From positions 4,278,001 through 4,342,000 of the forward strand of contig JBLDXI010000003.1 of the NCBI GenBank assembly GCA_047495785.1: a stretch of 64,000 nt of DNA, given 5' to 3'. Every line of letters starts with the position of its first letter. Positions within the stretch are counted from its first letter, which is position 1. A model generated the notes under the pieces. It ran no database searches. It had not been told where the DNA came from and was given only the letters and a program-made list of their open reading frames with translations. This document shows, in pieces, positions 35,501-57,700 of the stretch. This DNA is from Lepidodermella squamata. Its lineage: Eukaryota > Animalia > Gastrotricha. The position numbers and the translations under genes were made by a program.

Positions 35501-37617
35501 AGAATTATGGCACATGTCATTTCATGTGCCGTTCTTGACACAGGTTATTTGCTGAGTTTTTACATTTCCTCGCTTTCATCTTCTTGCTATCTTTCGGCAT
35601 GTTCCGTGAATTAGCATTTGTGATCGTGAGAAATTGAGGCTGATTTTACATTATCGCACAATTGATCTCATTCTGTATTCTGTATCATGCTTCACATATG
35701 AAGCTTCTTGTTCAAAGTGCTTTTCAGAGGAAAAACCGTAAATGATTATGTGACTCGAACATCTAGTACGTTTTGAAAACGCCGTGTTCCTCGATCTGCT
35801 TGTGTAATTCCTTTAACCTTTAGCAAATTCGCTAAAACAACGAAACAATGATGAAGTCGCGCTTTTGACCGGCGGGAAGTGAGCAGTGCACGGATACGCT
35901 AAAGAATTGCAATTGACTTCGTCGCAGTACTATTAAGTTACAAGGAGCTAATTTTCTTTTAAAACATTGCAACTGCTTTTTATGCTAATTAGATTTTTGT
36001 GAACTGCTCACATTTCGCTTACGTCTGCACAGCTAGGCATCCTGATTTCTTTTCGATAGCTGAGTAATATCACTGATTGAGATCTCATTATCGGTATTGC
36101 TAATATACTTTTTCTCCCGTGTCTAAAGGTGTTGTTTATTTATGACAGTGCTCTGATTTAGCTCTCGCAAATGTGCTGATTTTATTATTCTTTGAACTGA
36201 TTTTATTGATTCTATGAGACTCGATACCCTATAATAAGGGTTTTTAGACAAGCTAAATAGGAATTTGAAAAAGTCGGTTGTTCAAGTGCATTGAATTTTT
36301 GACACAACAGAAGTCATAGTGATCGTTTTGCTGAGGCATGCCTCTGATAATTTCGACATGAAATTCATTGTATCATGCTTCAGGTTTTCATGATTCTGTT
36401 GCCGTTATAATTGGTTTTCTTTCACGATACTCTATGATAGTCCGTACAAACTCCACATTCAGAAATTATGCGACCGAAACTTTGAAATTGAATTTTTTTT
36501 AGAATTTTCAGTTTTAACTTGGGTGCCCGTAAAATTGTGTCCCATTTGCGTTTCGGTGCAGCATGTATTTTTCGATTCCTGTCGCGTGTAATATTTTTGC
36601 ATGAAAAACCAATCACACTCTAATTCAATTTAATGTGATACTCGGTCGACATCGCTATGACTCGGAAATAGTGAATGGCCGAAAACTGATGCACTTGAAA
36701 AAAAACATTTTGACACGGATATGCTGCTCGCCCTTCTCATTAAAGCAATGTAATACGTCAGTTTCGTTGTTTCTCACAATCTCACAACGTAGGCCTATCG
36801 CCGCTAAGGCAGGCTTCTTTATGAGCTGTCATCGATGACGCGCGTATTTACTACTTTTACTATACGGTTCAGTTTTTTTACGCCCTTCGATATTATTTAT
36901 TATTCGCTGCTAAGCTTGCTTGCCTGCCGATCGATTTTTGCCTGCCCGCCCGCCTGCTAGTATTATTATTCTCGTTCACGCTTACTTCGTCTACCGCTTA
37001 CCTTTATGATGAATTTCGCTTGGGCGATTGCACGCTGTAAATTGTAGCCGCGGCTACGTAGGAGAGCTGGCTGTGTTTTCATATTCCGCATGTATTTTTT
37101 TGCTGTGATAATGAGGTCGGCCTCGATGACGGTCTACAATTGCGATTGGCTGCGATTCACGCCATAATGTGTGCTTCATCACCTGTTCGTCGGGTAAATA
37201 ATAGTAATATTACCTTCATGATTTTTATTATTACTACTCTTCTGAGTTCTACCTATTCTAGCTCGTAGCCATACTATGGCGAATTTGTCATCCATCATTA
37301 TCGCGAAAAGATTGACTGCCAACAATTGCCAGCTATATTGTGCCTATTACTTTAAGAGTTTTTTCCGTTCCAGTTCATAGGTGCTTAATTATTTTTGCAA
37401 ATTTATAACGATCGCAAGTTGGTTGCAGAAGTCTCGTGAGGTAAAACAAGAACACTATCAACGGCAAGAAATTAACAAGGGCTGGTTTTTTACTACACGT
37501 GAACAACGCTGTAAAACCTTCCGGCGCATCGAACGAACGTTTTGCAGTGCAATATTGCAATATTCAAATATATACCTGGTGGTTTATTTCTGCTCAACGT
37601 GAAGAAATATTGCAACT

Positions 37618-44549
<6,932 letters not shown>

Positions 44550-46288
44550 GCCCCCGACTTGCCTCCAGTTGCCTTCATTGTCGTTGTCTCTTGCTCTCTT
44601 ACTTTCTCCCCTCTCTCTTCGCTTCTTAAACGTGTACTTATGGGCGCATCTAGTAGCTATGTGACTTGAATAAGCACTATGTGTTGTCGTTCACGTGCTT
44701 ACTGACAATAATTATACCAAGCTACAATAAAAGATCGTGCGAATGATCCAGTGGCCATCATTGAGCACTAGTTAATAACTAAGTCTCTCGTAATTTCACC
44801 TCACAATCGGCTTTTTCATTTATTTACTACCGTTATCACGGCTCGTGGATTTTGCTGCTTTATCCATCTCTAAAGAACTTCGGGAAACAAGTGAAAACTA
44901 AACAGCATATCCTGCCAGGAGCTTGAAATTGAAGCCGATTTTTAGTTATTACCGTTAAATTCAGATGCGTCCATGGCCTAGACCCTACCAGGTATTTGCC
45001 AGTGAAGAAAGCAGCCCATTTTGGTGCTTTGCTGCTTGAACGCCACTTATTTTTGTTCACTGCAATCATTCATGTACCGCCGATTCTTCAAGAGACATCT
45101 CGTTTTCTTATGACGCCCGTGCGCTCTTCTTTCCTCGTCTCTTTGTAATTTTGGTCACTCGAGCCGTGACAATTTGTGTTTACTTGTGTCTATTTCCTCT
45201 CCTCGCTCTTTTCACTTCAGCTGCATATGCTTCTGAGGATTGAATTCTGTTCGTACTGCTCTCTAACTTAATCAATCATCCGCCGATCTTGTTGATACGC
45301 GTCTCGTTGTTCACGAGCGAGCATTTGCGCTCCAGTAGCTGTCATGATAGCCTGATGACAATGGATTCACTTAGCATGCCCGAATAAAAAACTAACATTT
45401 TTTGTAATCGTGTACTTTTTCTGACGGCGGTAGCGGTGTGACAAGGTTATTTGTCGGCAGGCTCGTGAACGGCGGGTCTTCGCATCAGCACGTCTTTTAT
45501 TTTTGTGCCAAAATGTCACTTTCGCAGTCATCATCCACAGCCGGCTGGCTGCATGCCATCCGTGTATTCATTCGCAAAGTTTACTATCTAACAACTACGT
45601 CACCCCTGAAGAAAGACTGTTTAATGTGTTAGAAAATTTGATATTTTTGAGTTTTTATCGCTCGCGCCGATTTCTCCCCTCCCTCTCTCTCTCCATCTCT
45701 CTATTTTTCATACCATGTCGATCGGTGATTTGATTTTTTGTCGTATATCAAGTTTGCTTTTTGTTATGGTAGCGTTATACACTTCTAAAGTTGTGTAAAT
45801 CAGCAGCAAGTTGTTGGTTGTTTGTTCGTGGTGGTTGACCGCATGAAAAGCCTTCGTCAATTACAACGCATTTTTGGCTTTTCTCCCCCTCTCTCTCTCT
45901 CTGCAGATGAACGCAACGAACAATCGCCCAGCCAACGTAGTTTATTATATAACACTTGGGCATCTTGTTATCGTTATGTCGAGAAAATAAATCTGGTTAG
46001 CTTCAATCAATTGCTATATGTGTAGTTGGGCGATCGGCATATTCAGCGCTTAGGTCAAGATGGTCGCTTTGCTAACTCGTTTTTGCACTAATTGTTGATT
46101 GCGTGCTGATGAGGAGAAGTGATAATGACAGATGAAAACAATATCAATTGTGAATCAATCGCTTGTACTTGGAATCGCCCGCGCTCCAAAATGTTCCGTG
46201 CTGCGTGTATATTAGAATTCTGCGTACGTATTGTGAACAAAACCAAATGCCTGCTAGTTGCAGAAATTGCGTCTCTATCTTTTTTCTT

Positions 46289-46322
46289 TCTCTCTCTCTC
46301 TTCTCTCTCTCTCTCTCTCTCT
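46289..46322. repeat. (CT)n microsatellite
   Basis: Interrupted CT tract downstream of PKA-C. Confidence 0.85.
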
Positions 46323-49300
46323 TATATCACATTACTTAAGTGAATGAAGTCTTTACTATATAATATTTATCAGCGCATACGACATGCTTTTGTGCTACTG
46401 TTCAATAAATGAAGAAATAACTGGCTGTCAATTAAATAAAATATTATTGATAAATAATCTTTTACTTATACTGTTATACTGTCATTATTGAAAATGCGAT
46501 AATGATGTTAAAAAATGTACTTTGCTGAAATGGCTATTATCAGCCGAGTTGATTGTAACAAATAAAAATGTCATGCCTATTTACGGTCGTTTTTTCAACC
46601 TTTGATGAGGACACCAACTTCACATCAGGAGAGTGAGTAAGGAATTTCACGCCCCAAAATAATGGAATTAAAATTGACAATTTTGATGAAGGGTCCAAGA
46701 CACGAGAGGAAAACTTTAACCAGGCGATCCCGTGACCCGAGCCATTCTTATATCTACAGATAGCAAATAAATGTATGATCAACTGGCTGAGCGAGGCAAA
46801 TGATTTTCAAAGATATTTCCTTCATCGCGATGCGCTCCTTTTGGTCTCGTGATCTTCATGAATCTAAACCAGGAAGATTGCTGCAGCGGTGTTTTTGAGC
46901 GTAAAATTTCCGGCTTTGCCTATACTCAATAGCCACAATTGTTAGTTTGAAAAACCAGAAACCAGGAAGTTGTTCTGGGGCTCAATAAACAATAAAAATT
47001 ACTACACATGCGTACGGGAATCTCATGGGCAGGCTGTAAAGTTCAAAGACACTGAGCCATCAACTTTTGATAAAAATAGCCGGGTCCACTTAAATTTATA
47101 ACTGCTTGCTGTTGCGTGTTATATTTCCTAGAACCCAGGCGGAGAAACAGCGAAGATACACATCGGCGGTCGGACCTTCATCTTCCTCTTCTTCTGTTAT
47201 CTTATCTTCCAATCTTTTTCTTCCACCTATCTTCCACTCTCTTTTGATTCTTCTTCAATTTTCATTATTGGAAGAAGAGTGGGAAAGTAGACGAGATAGA
47301 TGCAAGAATAAGCGGAAGGGAAGAAAGCAAGAGGAAGATCTGACACATCATGTTGTTTGTGTAATAACTAATCTTGCGGAAGGGATGAAACAAACATGCG
47401 GTCTCAGCGCTGATGACAAAGACGCCCGGAAGGGTCATGTTCCGGGTATTTTGCTAATTAATAAATAAAGCTCCGGTCACTAATTTTCAGCCATTTGTCT
47501 CGCTGTCTACCACGCCCAGTTCCGCTATGACTACATGGCACTACCGAGCGCAGCTTGGACGGTAAACAACGAAAATGCAACTATGGGATACCTGGAAGCG
47601 CGCACAAGATTGCTTAATCACTCCTGACGTCGTCTTTAACTCGACCATATATCCGAGATTCCGGTGCTTGCATGCTTGCTTTCCGGCTCGATGAAACGTA
47701 ATAGCAGTAATATAGCGATATCAACAACGGTAGTAGTTTCGACGGGAATGTTGACACAGGCGCATGCCCAAATAAAACCAGTGTATACGATAAACACAGC
47801 GACGCGGAACCGCGAGCGCGATATCGCGCGGGAGGGGGCAAGGCAAAGAGGACAGAGTGGCTTGTGACTGCGACAGCAAAAGCCAGCGATATTGTTGCAA
47901 CACACACGGCCGGCGACGGTGCCTTGCGCGATCCGTCATCGGCATCGCAGCGCTGCTGGGCGCTGCGGATGTGAGTGTACACACCTAATAGTAAGGCGAA
48001 GTATGCGCTGTCATAATATTATTTTTACTACCCGGCCGGATAGGGTTTTATTTTACTGGTCGCCGCGGTCGCCCGATTCTTCGGTATGTTTGCTGTTCAG
48101 TGGAGAAAGATGAGTGCGACGACAACGGCGCATCACAGCGGCAGCTCAAGAGCTTCGGTACACGGCAAATCGCGGAACTTGCACATAGTATATTATTACT
48201 GTGACTGTAATCATGGGAGGGCTTTGCTTTTCGGCACCACTGCTACCACGACTAGGCGCGCACGGCGACGGCTGCACCCTACGCGGAAACAAACATGACG
48301 GCTCAAATATTGACTGCTGCGCGACGACAAGCCCATTCGAGCCGTTATGCAAATCCAATAAACCGAACGAAACCGAACAGCATTTTGACTGACCATTTGG
48401 AAGTAGATATATAAGAATGGTAAATGGTGACGTCGTTAGCTCTTGATGCTGGCTCTACTTAGCGGTGACCACTCACCTATATTTGGTGGCGTCTCGTACG
48501 TGTATTAGCGAATGCCGCCCAGATTCGCGCCATCATTCACATCGCATGACTGGTTGACTTGGATCGGGTGTCTCAGCCGCCCTATTTAAGTTACCCAAAC
48601 ATAATCATTGGGGCCATTTTAACGTTTTTGCTTCCTTATTGCGCCACGATGAGAAGCCTCATCATCGTCGACAAGTCCAGTGTCGATGTATAGCTTTTAC
48701 CTTTTGGGCTTGCTGCTATTTAAAAGCACAACGCAAGACTTCGATCTGCTCGCGATATTTCTTCTACTTATTAACAACATGCAAACTATTCTTCTCATAA
48801 TTTCTTGATGAACTGCAGTAGTAGAACGATATTACGGAGGTCTTCATCCTAAAACTTTACATCTATCGCACGTAGTAAAAATCCGCTCAGTCATCGCGAT
48901 ATACCTTCAAGAATCGGCTGGCCACCAATCTCATCCCTAGAAAAGAAAGGTATGTTTCTGGCATTATCTGCACTGTTTAACAATTTTTGACACATCTCCC
49001 CCGAGTCAGCATAGCTCTCAGAAATAACGCTTATCAGCAGTCAAAGTCTTGTTAGCCTAAATGGCTCTAACATGCTAGCCGCCTTTATCGCAGCGGCTTA
49101 TCCTAAAAAGGAGCATGATTCAAAATCCACAACCTCTATTTTACGCATTGCCGGTTTTCCATTCCTGCTGCGTTGCCCAACCTCATCGAAAATCATCGGC
49201 TGCAACTGCACCAACAACAGTAACAACATCGCCATCTGGGTCTGTCGTCAATTTTCTGTTTTGGGTCTGTAATTTTTATAATTTCTACGTAAAATTCTAC

Positions 49301-52300
49301 CATTGCTATTAGAATATACAGTTGAGCTTTGATTTTGGGCAAGGCAAGATGCTGGCATAGCTGAGTGAACAATTTTCGAGGCACTAATACTCGGTTGTAA
49401 ACTGTGAAGTTTCCACCGAGCATAAGGCTTCATGATCTCAGCTGTGACGCATGGTTGCCATACCTTCTTTCATCGCATTTCACTATTATTTCCGATCTTT
49501 TATCATTCTCTGATGATGGTTTGTTAGATGGATTTTTAGCAGGTGCCCACAACTATACACGTGCCGACATTGCACATCAAGTTGGTACAAAATCGTGGAA
49601 TTCCGCCCGGCTGAGCGATTGGCACTGACGTGGCCTATTTCTTCCTCTTCCATTCTTATTCTTCCTTTTCGTCCACTCTTCCGATCGCTTTTTAGATTGC
49701 ACAGCCGCGGCTTACTTTCATTTCATCCAGAAAAACTGGTGTTTTGAATCACTGACGCGAGTCAATCGGCTTTCGACAATTGTAATTCAAACTCATCAAG
49801 GAGCATCTTTTCTTTTGTTTTCTTTATTTTGATTTAATAGCAACTGTGCATCGATAAATGTCGATGCGTTTATCGCTGTTGCAGTTGCTGTTAAAATGTA
49901 AGTGGCTTTTACGCGCACAGGTCGATACTCAAAAAACACGAAAAACACGAGCGCTGCATGTGTTTTTTGCTTTTCTGCACGGTGTGTTATGTGAAATTTT
50001 ACTAAAAATCTTACTTATTACCGTGGTGTGGTGATTGGCCGGGAAAAAACAGTTTTTGAAGCTAGCCTGTAGCTGTTCAGCATTCACAATACACATTTTA
50101 TACAAGTGAGAAAGATAGCTGGCCGCTTGCCTTGGCTGCGCTATAGAGGATGAACCATCTGGCGCCACTATTCTGGCATCGAAGTCCAACGTGTTGTTCA
50201 AAAGCTGGCATCGAATTGAATTGAATCTGCTAATGAAAACGTCATTGTCCCTGAATTTCGAATACATCGATTCTCGTTGTTAATAAATTGACGATGTTTC
50301 AAACGTGTTTGCTGATCAAGGAAAATGAAGAACACCAGCAGAAACCTTGGGAATCACAAAATGACGGAAAATTTCAAAAAGTAAAGAGCGGGTCACAATC
50401 ATGTGTTCGACTATATAGTCTACTGTATACTGCAATAAAACAATACCTACTAAGGAGGGGTCTTATTTGAGGCAGCGCTGCCTCATATCGAGCCGCATCA
50501 CCGGCCACTTGTAGCGAATCATTTTCTCGTCGGCGACGCGGCCTTCGGGACGAATTAGAATATAATGTCGCCGTTCCCTGTCCAAGCCACGGGTAATTTT
50601 TCTGCTGTCAAAGAAACCTTCAACTATCGGCTTTCAATAGCGCGCCTTGGGCCTCGCCGTCGACTCGCCGATGATCAACTGTGCCGAGCAAAAAAAATTA
50701 AGAAAATGAAGACGCCAGTGCAGATAGTTTTGCAAAAAATGAGAATGCAAAAGAAAAAAGGTGTAAAGACATTTCCCTTTGGAGCGAAGAAAAGCCCCGT
50801 TGCCATGCTTTGGCTTTGGCCCACGAGCTAAGATTCGTCGATCCGCGGCATCGTTCTGTTCCTCTAGCGGTTAGAACGAGGTCGTCGCCGAAGGCTGGTT
50901 GAAGCTTTGGAGTATCAGACAGCATCAGACAAGCAGAGGCAACTGGGCCTGTTGAGCAAACTGAGTTCAGCGAAGGAGGCAGCTCTATTCGATTACATCC
51001 AAGCCTGCGAAGCGCGGGCGGCGTCGAAATTGGGGCAGAGGTCCTACTGTTCCTATTGGTCGTGACAACCGAAGCTAAGTTTCCAGTTCGGTTATCGAAG
51101 CTTTAGATTCGAAGCAGTGAAAATGTGCCCCTGTTTGTGGTGGCAAGAGGCATGGTTCATTAGTCGAGGAAAAATATGTTGAGAGCATATGAGACGTACT
51201 ATTGAGAGTTTGAGAGTGGAAAATAAGTAATTTTGCGTGAAAAGAGATACTTTTATTATTTCGATAGATTCCCAAGGTAGAAGATATTTTGTTCCGCGAA
51301 ACATGGACACAAATCTGATAGAAACATTCGAAATTCGCCGCACTTCGGAGCTGATAAGACGCCCGAAGTTACGCACATGGGCTCCGAAGTTCGGATACAC
51401 ACCGTCTAAACCTTGGAGGAATAGGAATGAACTATTACTCCAAGGTCCGAACCAAAGCGCCGTTCGAAGTGTTTATAAATCCAGCATTAGCTTTGGCTTG
51501 TCAAATTGCAAATATTTTTTTGATTGAAAGTCGATCGCAAAAACCTATGCCAAACGCCAAACCTATGCTATATCACCCCATTTCACGGTAGGTAAGTTCA
51601 CTCATAGAAAAACGATAATTACTTATTCCGAATACCAAACAACACAACAACACAGCAATAGCAAAAAAGCTGTCTAAAGCATATTATAACATGCCTTTTT
51701 AAATTGGGTCTTTCAGGCTTACCTTGCAAGTGAAAATGCTAAAATTGAAATATATTCGAGCCAAGCGAGAAAATATTTCTGGCGTAAATCGCCCAAAAAT
51801 CCAAAAGAAACAACTGACCTTGACGCCAAATAACAGCTTCAGAATGAATAATTTATAAACTTGGAAATAGCTCATAGGTCTGACATCGAATTCCTGATTC
51901 CAATACACCATGAAGCTAAAATTACAGAGCAGGCAATGTTTATTGCTAAAAATTCCAGCGTGATATTTTCGAACTCCTTTCGGCCAATAGCCACACCGTA
52001 GATTTAATTCGACTCGTTTGGATCAAAAATGCTTGTTTAACTGAATAACTCGTCAACCGTAATTATAATGTAAGGAAAGCGCATCTGATGAGGATTGATA
52101 GCCTTGAATGTCTCTTTCGATTTAAAACCTCATGGTCGTCCTATTTATAGTTATATTGCTAGACGAATGCGAATTAATTTAATATTGCGAGATGCTGAGG
52201 CTAAAAATCTACGCAAAATCGTGAGCTGCGACACGTGCGCGATGCGAGCTTCCTGCATCGCTCGCACGCGCAAGACCACACGGTGGTGGTACCATTTTTT

Positions 52301-54784
52301 CCGTCAATTTCAATGATATTGAACTGTGCTTTGGAATGAAGCTATAGAATGAAGCTAGAAAGTTTCATAAAATGCACGCGTCTCCATTCCTCCAAGATGT
52401 CGAGTCCAGTGGTATAAGTCACTACAATCTACACTACGATCTTACGCATTTATTGTCACCGTCTTTGACTTCACACTGCTTATGTACCTCATTCTAACAT
52501 ATCCCTGGTCCAAAAAGTCGAAGAAATATCGTCAGCTAAAGCTCGCTTCGGTCGCAGGTGGCTATTTTTCGAGTTGCAAAGGCGACAAATGAAAATTTTT
52601 GCTGAAAACCAAGTCGAACCCCGCGAAAAGTTGCAGCGACCGGGGACTATAAAGAGAAATTTTCGCGCTAGAATGGGAATTAGAGTGATAATTACACGTA
52701 GTTCTTCGGCGTTTTAATGGTTTTGACTCTTTGGCCCATTTTTGACTCCGTTTTGTGACTCGCTAGTTTCCGACCGTGGACCACCACTGGAATAATTGAG
52801 CGAGAGCCACCGGCGATGAATCCGTGAGAGAGAGGATAACGCCCGCCGCCGCCCGCGTGCGCGGCGCCGATTTTTAAACCATTGTAAAGAATAGCGGGCG
52901 AGAAGCGTCCCCGCTGGCGCGGAGTATAAACCACACCGCACCACCACACCGCACCACGCCAGAGAAAGAACAGAAAGAACGGAAAGAAGAAAGAGGTACG
53001 ACTAGTTGTTGCGCCGAGATTGCGGATACGTCGATCCGTGACGGCCCGACCGGCGACCGGCGCCCAGGCTTTGCTGCCGGTTGGTTACTGCTCTCGCAAT
53101 TCTTCGTATCCCCAACCCTACGCTTAGCCGCCGTTTGGCCTTAACCATGTCGGGTTTCCAAATGGCCTGCCTAGTGCCGCCGTTCCGCAGCCGGTCACCC
53201 GCTCTTCGGCTGGCTCTCACCTGCCCCGCAACACTCAGTCGGGCTCTTCAGTCGGCACGTCGTCCTGCGTTGCCGGCGCTACCTGGCCGGAGCCACGAAG
53301 AACCTGAAAGTGATCAAGCACCTGGCTGCTCAGCACGCGGCGTGGCCGTCGAAAAATGGCCCGCTGTCTGTCATCCTGCGTTGAAAAAAGCTGAAATCAA
53401 TCAAAATATATATTTTATTTCTCTATTTTAATTTTATCCGGTCATTAGTCTATATCTCCTCCATGATTCTGATAATAGCGTAGTTTTTCTGGGAAAGGTT
53501 TTGATATTTCTGATGCAGTGCAGTGCGACATTTCGACACTCAAGAGGTCCCAGTGCCAAATAAAACAAGAAGATGCGCAACGAAAGGGGCGAAACACTTC
53601 TTCCCGGTCGAGCATGCCAGAGCGCGAACGGCCTGTTTCGGGCTCGGACGCGCCGAACAAAAGAGCGCCGAATAAACTTGTAGAATTAAGCTGTTTATTA
53701 GCATTTTCTTAAAAAAAAATGAGTCATGCCTTCTTAGACCCTTCCAATAATCATGGCGCCCTTATGTCTTCATCGCTTTTATCTGCGCCCTTTTGTCATA
53801 GAACCGCGCGTCCGCATAGGCCACTGTCATCATCCATAGGCCGCGAACTTTTACATCAAAATTTAATTTGCCAACAATTTTTTCGGGCAGGAACACTCCT
53901 TGGCACCTGTGTTCGTAAAAGCTGTGATTAAAAGTGCACTGTATATTGCGCAAGGCGCATTTATTCGGAATGAATAACACTTTTTCGTGAAGTGCTAATA
54001 GCACATTGCATTCCGGATCAAATTTCACATCACGAAACGCCGTGAAAAACCGAGTATGGTAGTCCTATTCAAAAAATGGGTTGAAGGCTTATTAACTCGC
54101 TGCCGTGATAATTTGAGTAGTTTTATATTGATGCCACATCTCTACGCTTTAAAAACCCAGTTTGAGCCTAGCGAAACATTTTATTGCGAGAAAAATCAGC
54201 CTTTAGGCGAGGCATAAACATTTGTGCTTGAAACATCAGTGCATTGCTCCACGTGGTAGTGTCAAAGAACGATATTACAACATACGCCATTCAGACGAGA
54301 CGGTTCAGAACGGTACATACGCACAATCGAAGTCGACAATCACATCGCTGAGTGGAAAGATTGGAGTTACATCAAAAAATTATCCTCTCATCTCAAATAT
54401 CTTTCTAGGCATTGAACACTAGTAACTCTGTCTTAGTTTTATCACAATATAAAACTGTCATTTACAGCCAAGAATAATCATCGTATATTCATAAATGATA
54501 ATTTTGCGTATATGCACGGTGATTCTTCTGATGGCACCAATAAATCATTATGTTATCTATAAGCAGCAATCGTCAGGCCTAGGATTCAAATAATTATGAC
54601 ACCGAAGACAACATCCATGAAAGCGAGAGCAAACCCTATATTTAAAATTCACAGGTGAACGTGTGTGCTGAAGTGGGAGAAAGACAACATTTCTGGGAAA
54701 TCAGCAATTAACTAAATAACTAGCCTTTGCAGCAAGCAAAGCTGGAACTTGAACGATAAAAATGTACCGAGATGATGAAAACAT

Positions 54785-57700
54785 TTAACGTGATGACGTG
54801 AAAGAAGGGGCCGGGATTTGTGACTTGAAAACTGTTGCCGATGCCGGTGGCACTACTACTGGCTTGCTAACATTTGCCGCGCCAGTCGGGTTGGGCTTGA
54901 CTGCTGCGATGTTGGATGGCGTCGACAGATTCTCGTTGTTTTCGTCGTCACAACCCGGGCAACCGGCACACGGTTTTCTCAATCTGTACAAATAGAAGTC
55001 ATCCGGCAGCAGAAATTGGCGAGCTTTGGCGATTTCTTCTGGGCTGGCATGCTCAGTGCTCACCAGCCGACAATCGTCATCCTCGCCTGCTCTACTTTCT
55101 CCCGTACCTTTAACAGCCGGCTTGCCAGCCTCGCTCGGGGTCGCCGTCGCAGTCGGGAACACTCCGCTGAACGAGAACCCGCCCGGACTGGTGCCGGCAG
55201 CAGCTCCGCTGTTCATCGCGCTGCCAAACAACCCCGAACCGCCGCCGAATGCCGACTTTTGCACAGCAGCAGCTGGTGCAGTTGGTCCAGAGGGCGTTCC
55301 TAACTGCCCGAAACGAAAACCGCCAAAAGTTGTCGCGTTGCTGGATGGTTCAGTTGGGGCGGCTGGCGCACTCGGTGAACCTTTAGCTGTGTTTGAGAAC
55401 ATGGATGAGCCAAAGAGGTTCGGAGCGTTGGTTGTAGGGGCACCGCTGCTATTGTTGGCGTTGCTGTTGTTATTGGTTGTGGTGGAGGGCGTTTGAGCAG
55501 CGGGAGCAGCGAACGAGAAACTGGGTGTCTGTTGAGCAGGTTTTTGAGCAGGTGCAGCGGACTTCGGTAGATCAGCTATAAGCAAAACAGCATTTTGAGA
55601 TATTTGAGACATTTTGATGAGCAAAGCAACGGAATGAGTGTGCAATTATCCAAGTCAAAATTCATAGTGAGCTGCAGACTATTGCGTTATATTTCAAAAG
55701 GCGTAAGGTGGATCATAACTCGAACGTTTATTAAGCGTCTTATAAGCATTGAAATTCGCTTCGATATTATTTAAAGCCAAACTGTTTGAATGAGCAGGGT
55801 TACTCACGTTTCGAGTTCTCATTAGCCGGCACGGGACGAGCAGGCGAAGCCCCGCTACCACCAGTGGGTCCGTATTTCTCCTGCAGCGCGTCAAGAGCAG
55901 CCTGGAAGCAGGAGGAGAACTGGTCGGCAGAAGCTGGCGACTTGAAGCGAACACACAAGGTCTCCAGCTTCGCTTCGCCATCCGAATAGTCACTCGGCGC
56001 GAACCAAGTGACCGCACGATCAGCAGCAGACGGCAACCGGCCCAGCTTCATTGAGGGATTTATGGTGAGGTAGTGGTTGGCGCAAACAGTGTGGATGTGT
56101 TCGCGGCGCATGACGATACGGTGCTTCTGCGAGCCGTCTGTAGCCTTGAGCAGGCGAATGTCGCCGATGCCTCGCTCCTTCCACTCGTTCGTATTCGAGT
56201 CCCAACGGTAGAGCTTGCATCGTTCGGAGAAGACTTTTTCAAAGCCTTCCTCGCCAGAAACCAGCTTGTAGTCTTTAGGTAATTCGACAACCGGTTTATA
56301 CTCCGAAGTTGGAACAAACGCATCAGGCTCTTCTTCGCCACCGTCTTCGGCCCCGACCTCGCCACCCTCGTTGGTTGTAGCAGGAGCCGCGGATTTAGCC
56401 ATCAAATTCTTGAACAGAGGCTCGGGTTGGCCTACAAATGGAGATGCGGATGATGATGATGCTGATGAGGCCGCTTCAGCCGGCTTTGAGCTTGCGGCGG
56501 CGAGCGCAGCAAAGCTGAACAGGCCCGTGGCTGGCGCGGCAGATCCGGTAGCAGGGCTGGCGGTTTCCGGCTTCTTAACGAAGGAAGATCCGAAAACCGG
56601 CACAGGCAGCCCGCTACCACCACTGCTTGGAGCAGCAGGCGAAGGCTGAGATTGACTAGGAGTAGGGGCAGAAAATAACGCAGTCGGCGTTGCTTTCGGT
56701 TGTTCGACTACTTTTGGCTTCTCAGCCGGTTTATCTGTCGATTTTACCGGCTTTTCGGGCGACTTCGATGTGCCAGATGGGGCTGAGCCTCTGCAAGAAT
56801 CGACGACACGCTTGAAGTCTTGAGCATTCTCGGCACTGCGGAAACGAATAGCCAATTGCATGAGCTGCGGCTGCTCTCCAACTTCGACCTCGGCAAAATC
56901 AGCTGCGACCCAGCAGAAACCGCGGTCGCCAACAGCTGGGAAAGCTTTGAGAGTCAACTCAGCGGTGATGTAATGATTGGCGCAAGGCTTGAGCACCTGC
57001 TCGCGACGCATGAGAATGCGAGCACGGCCCGTTTCACGATGGCGAAGAACTTTCATCTCACCAACGCCGCGTTCTTTCCACTCGCTGGAGGCCTCGGCCC
57101 AGCGGTAAAGCTTCGCTTTCTCTGCAAACAGCTTTTCTTCGTTCTCCTCGCCAGTGACCACTGCGTAGTTGGTAGGCAATTGAGCAACTGGTTGATATTC
57201 GGCGGTAGGAATAAATTCCTCGGGACTGTCGCCAACTTCTTCGTCAGCATCCTTCGGTTCCTCTTTAGGTTGTTCCTTCACAGGAGCTGAACTGGTGGCA
57301 GCTGGAGCGGTTGTTGCTGCAGGAGTAGCGAAGCCGAACAATGGCTTTGGTGCTTCTGAGGCAGGTTTAGCAATTGTGGCCGGTGTCGTTGTAGCTGGAG
57401 TCGCAGGCTTAACACCAAACAACGGACTGCCAGTTGCAGCGGGCATGCCAAAAGAAATACCGCTAATATCACCAGTAGGTTTCGAGAAAAGTGATGCTCC
57501 AAAGGCCGGCATTGGGCTAGCCTGGGTCGTCGACTTAGCGGCGTTGGCTGGTGGCGGAAAAGTGATTTGAGGTAATGCTTTTGAAGGAGCTGGCGCAGAG
57601 GGTGCTCCGGGTTTCGGTGTTTCACAGGCGGCGCATTTCTCGGCGGCTTCGTTGTTGCGAATAAGGCAAACCGAACAGCTCCAGCTACCCGGGGCGGGCT

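Noticed and set aside
46688-47093. Possible TTAA-flanked DNA transposon
   Set aside because: Ends do not form matching TIRs and no left TSD is visible.
47500-49630. Cluster of overlapping short ORFs in CpG-rich sequence
   Set aside because: No consistent exon chain or recognisable domain.
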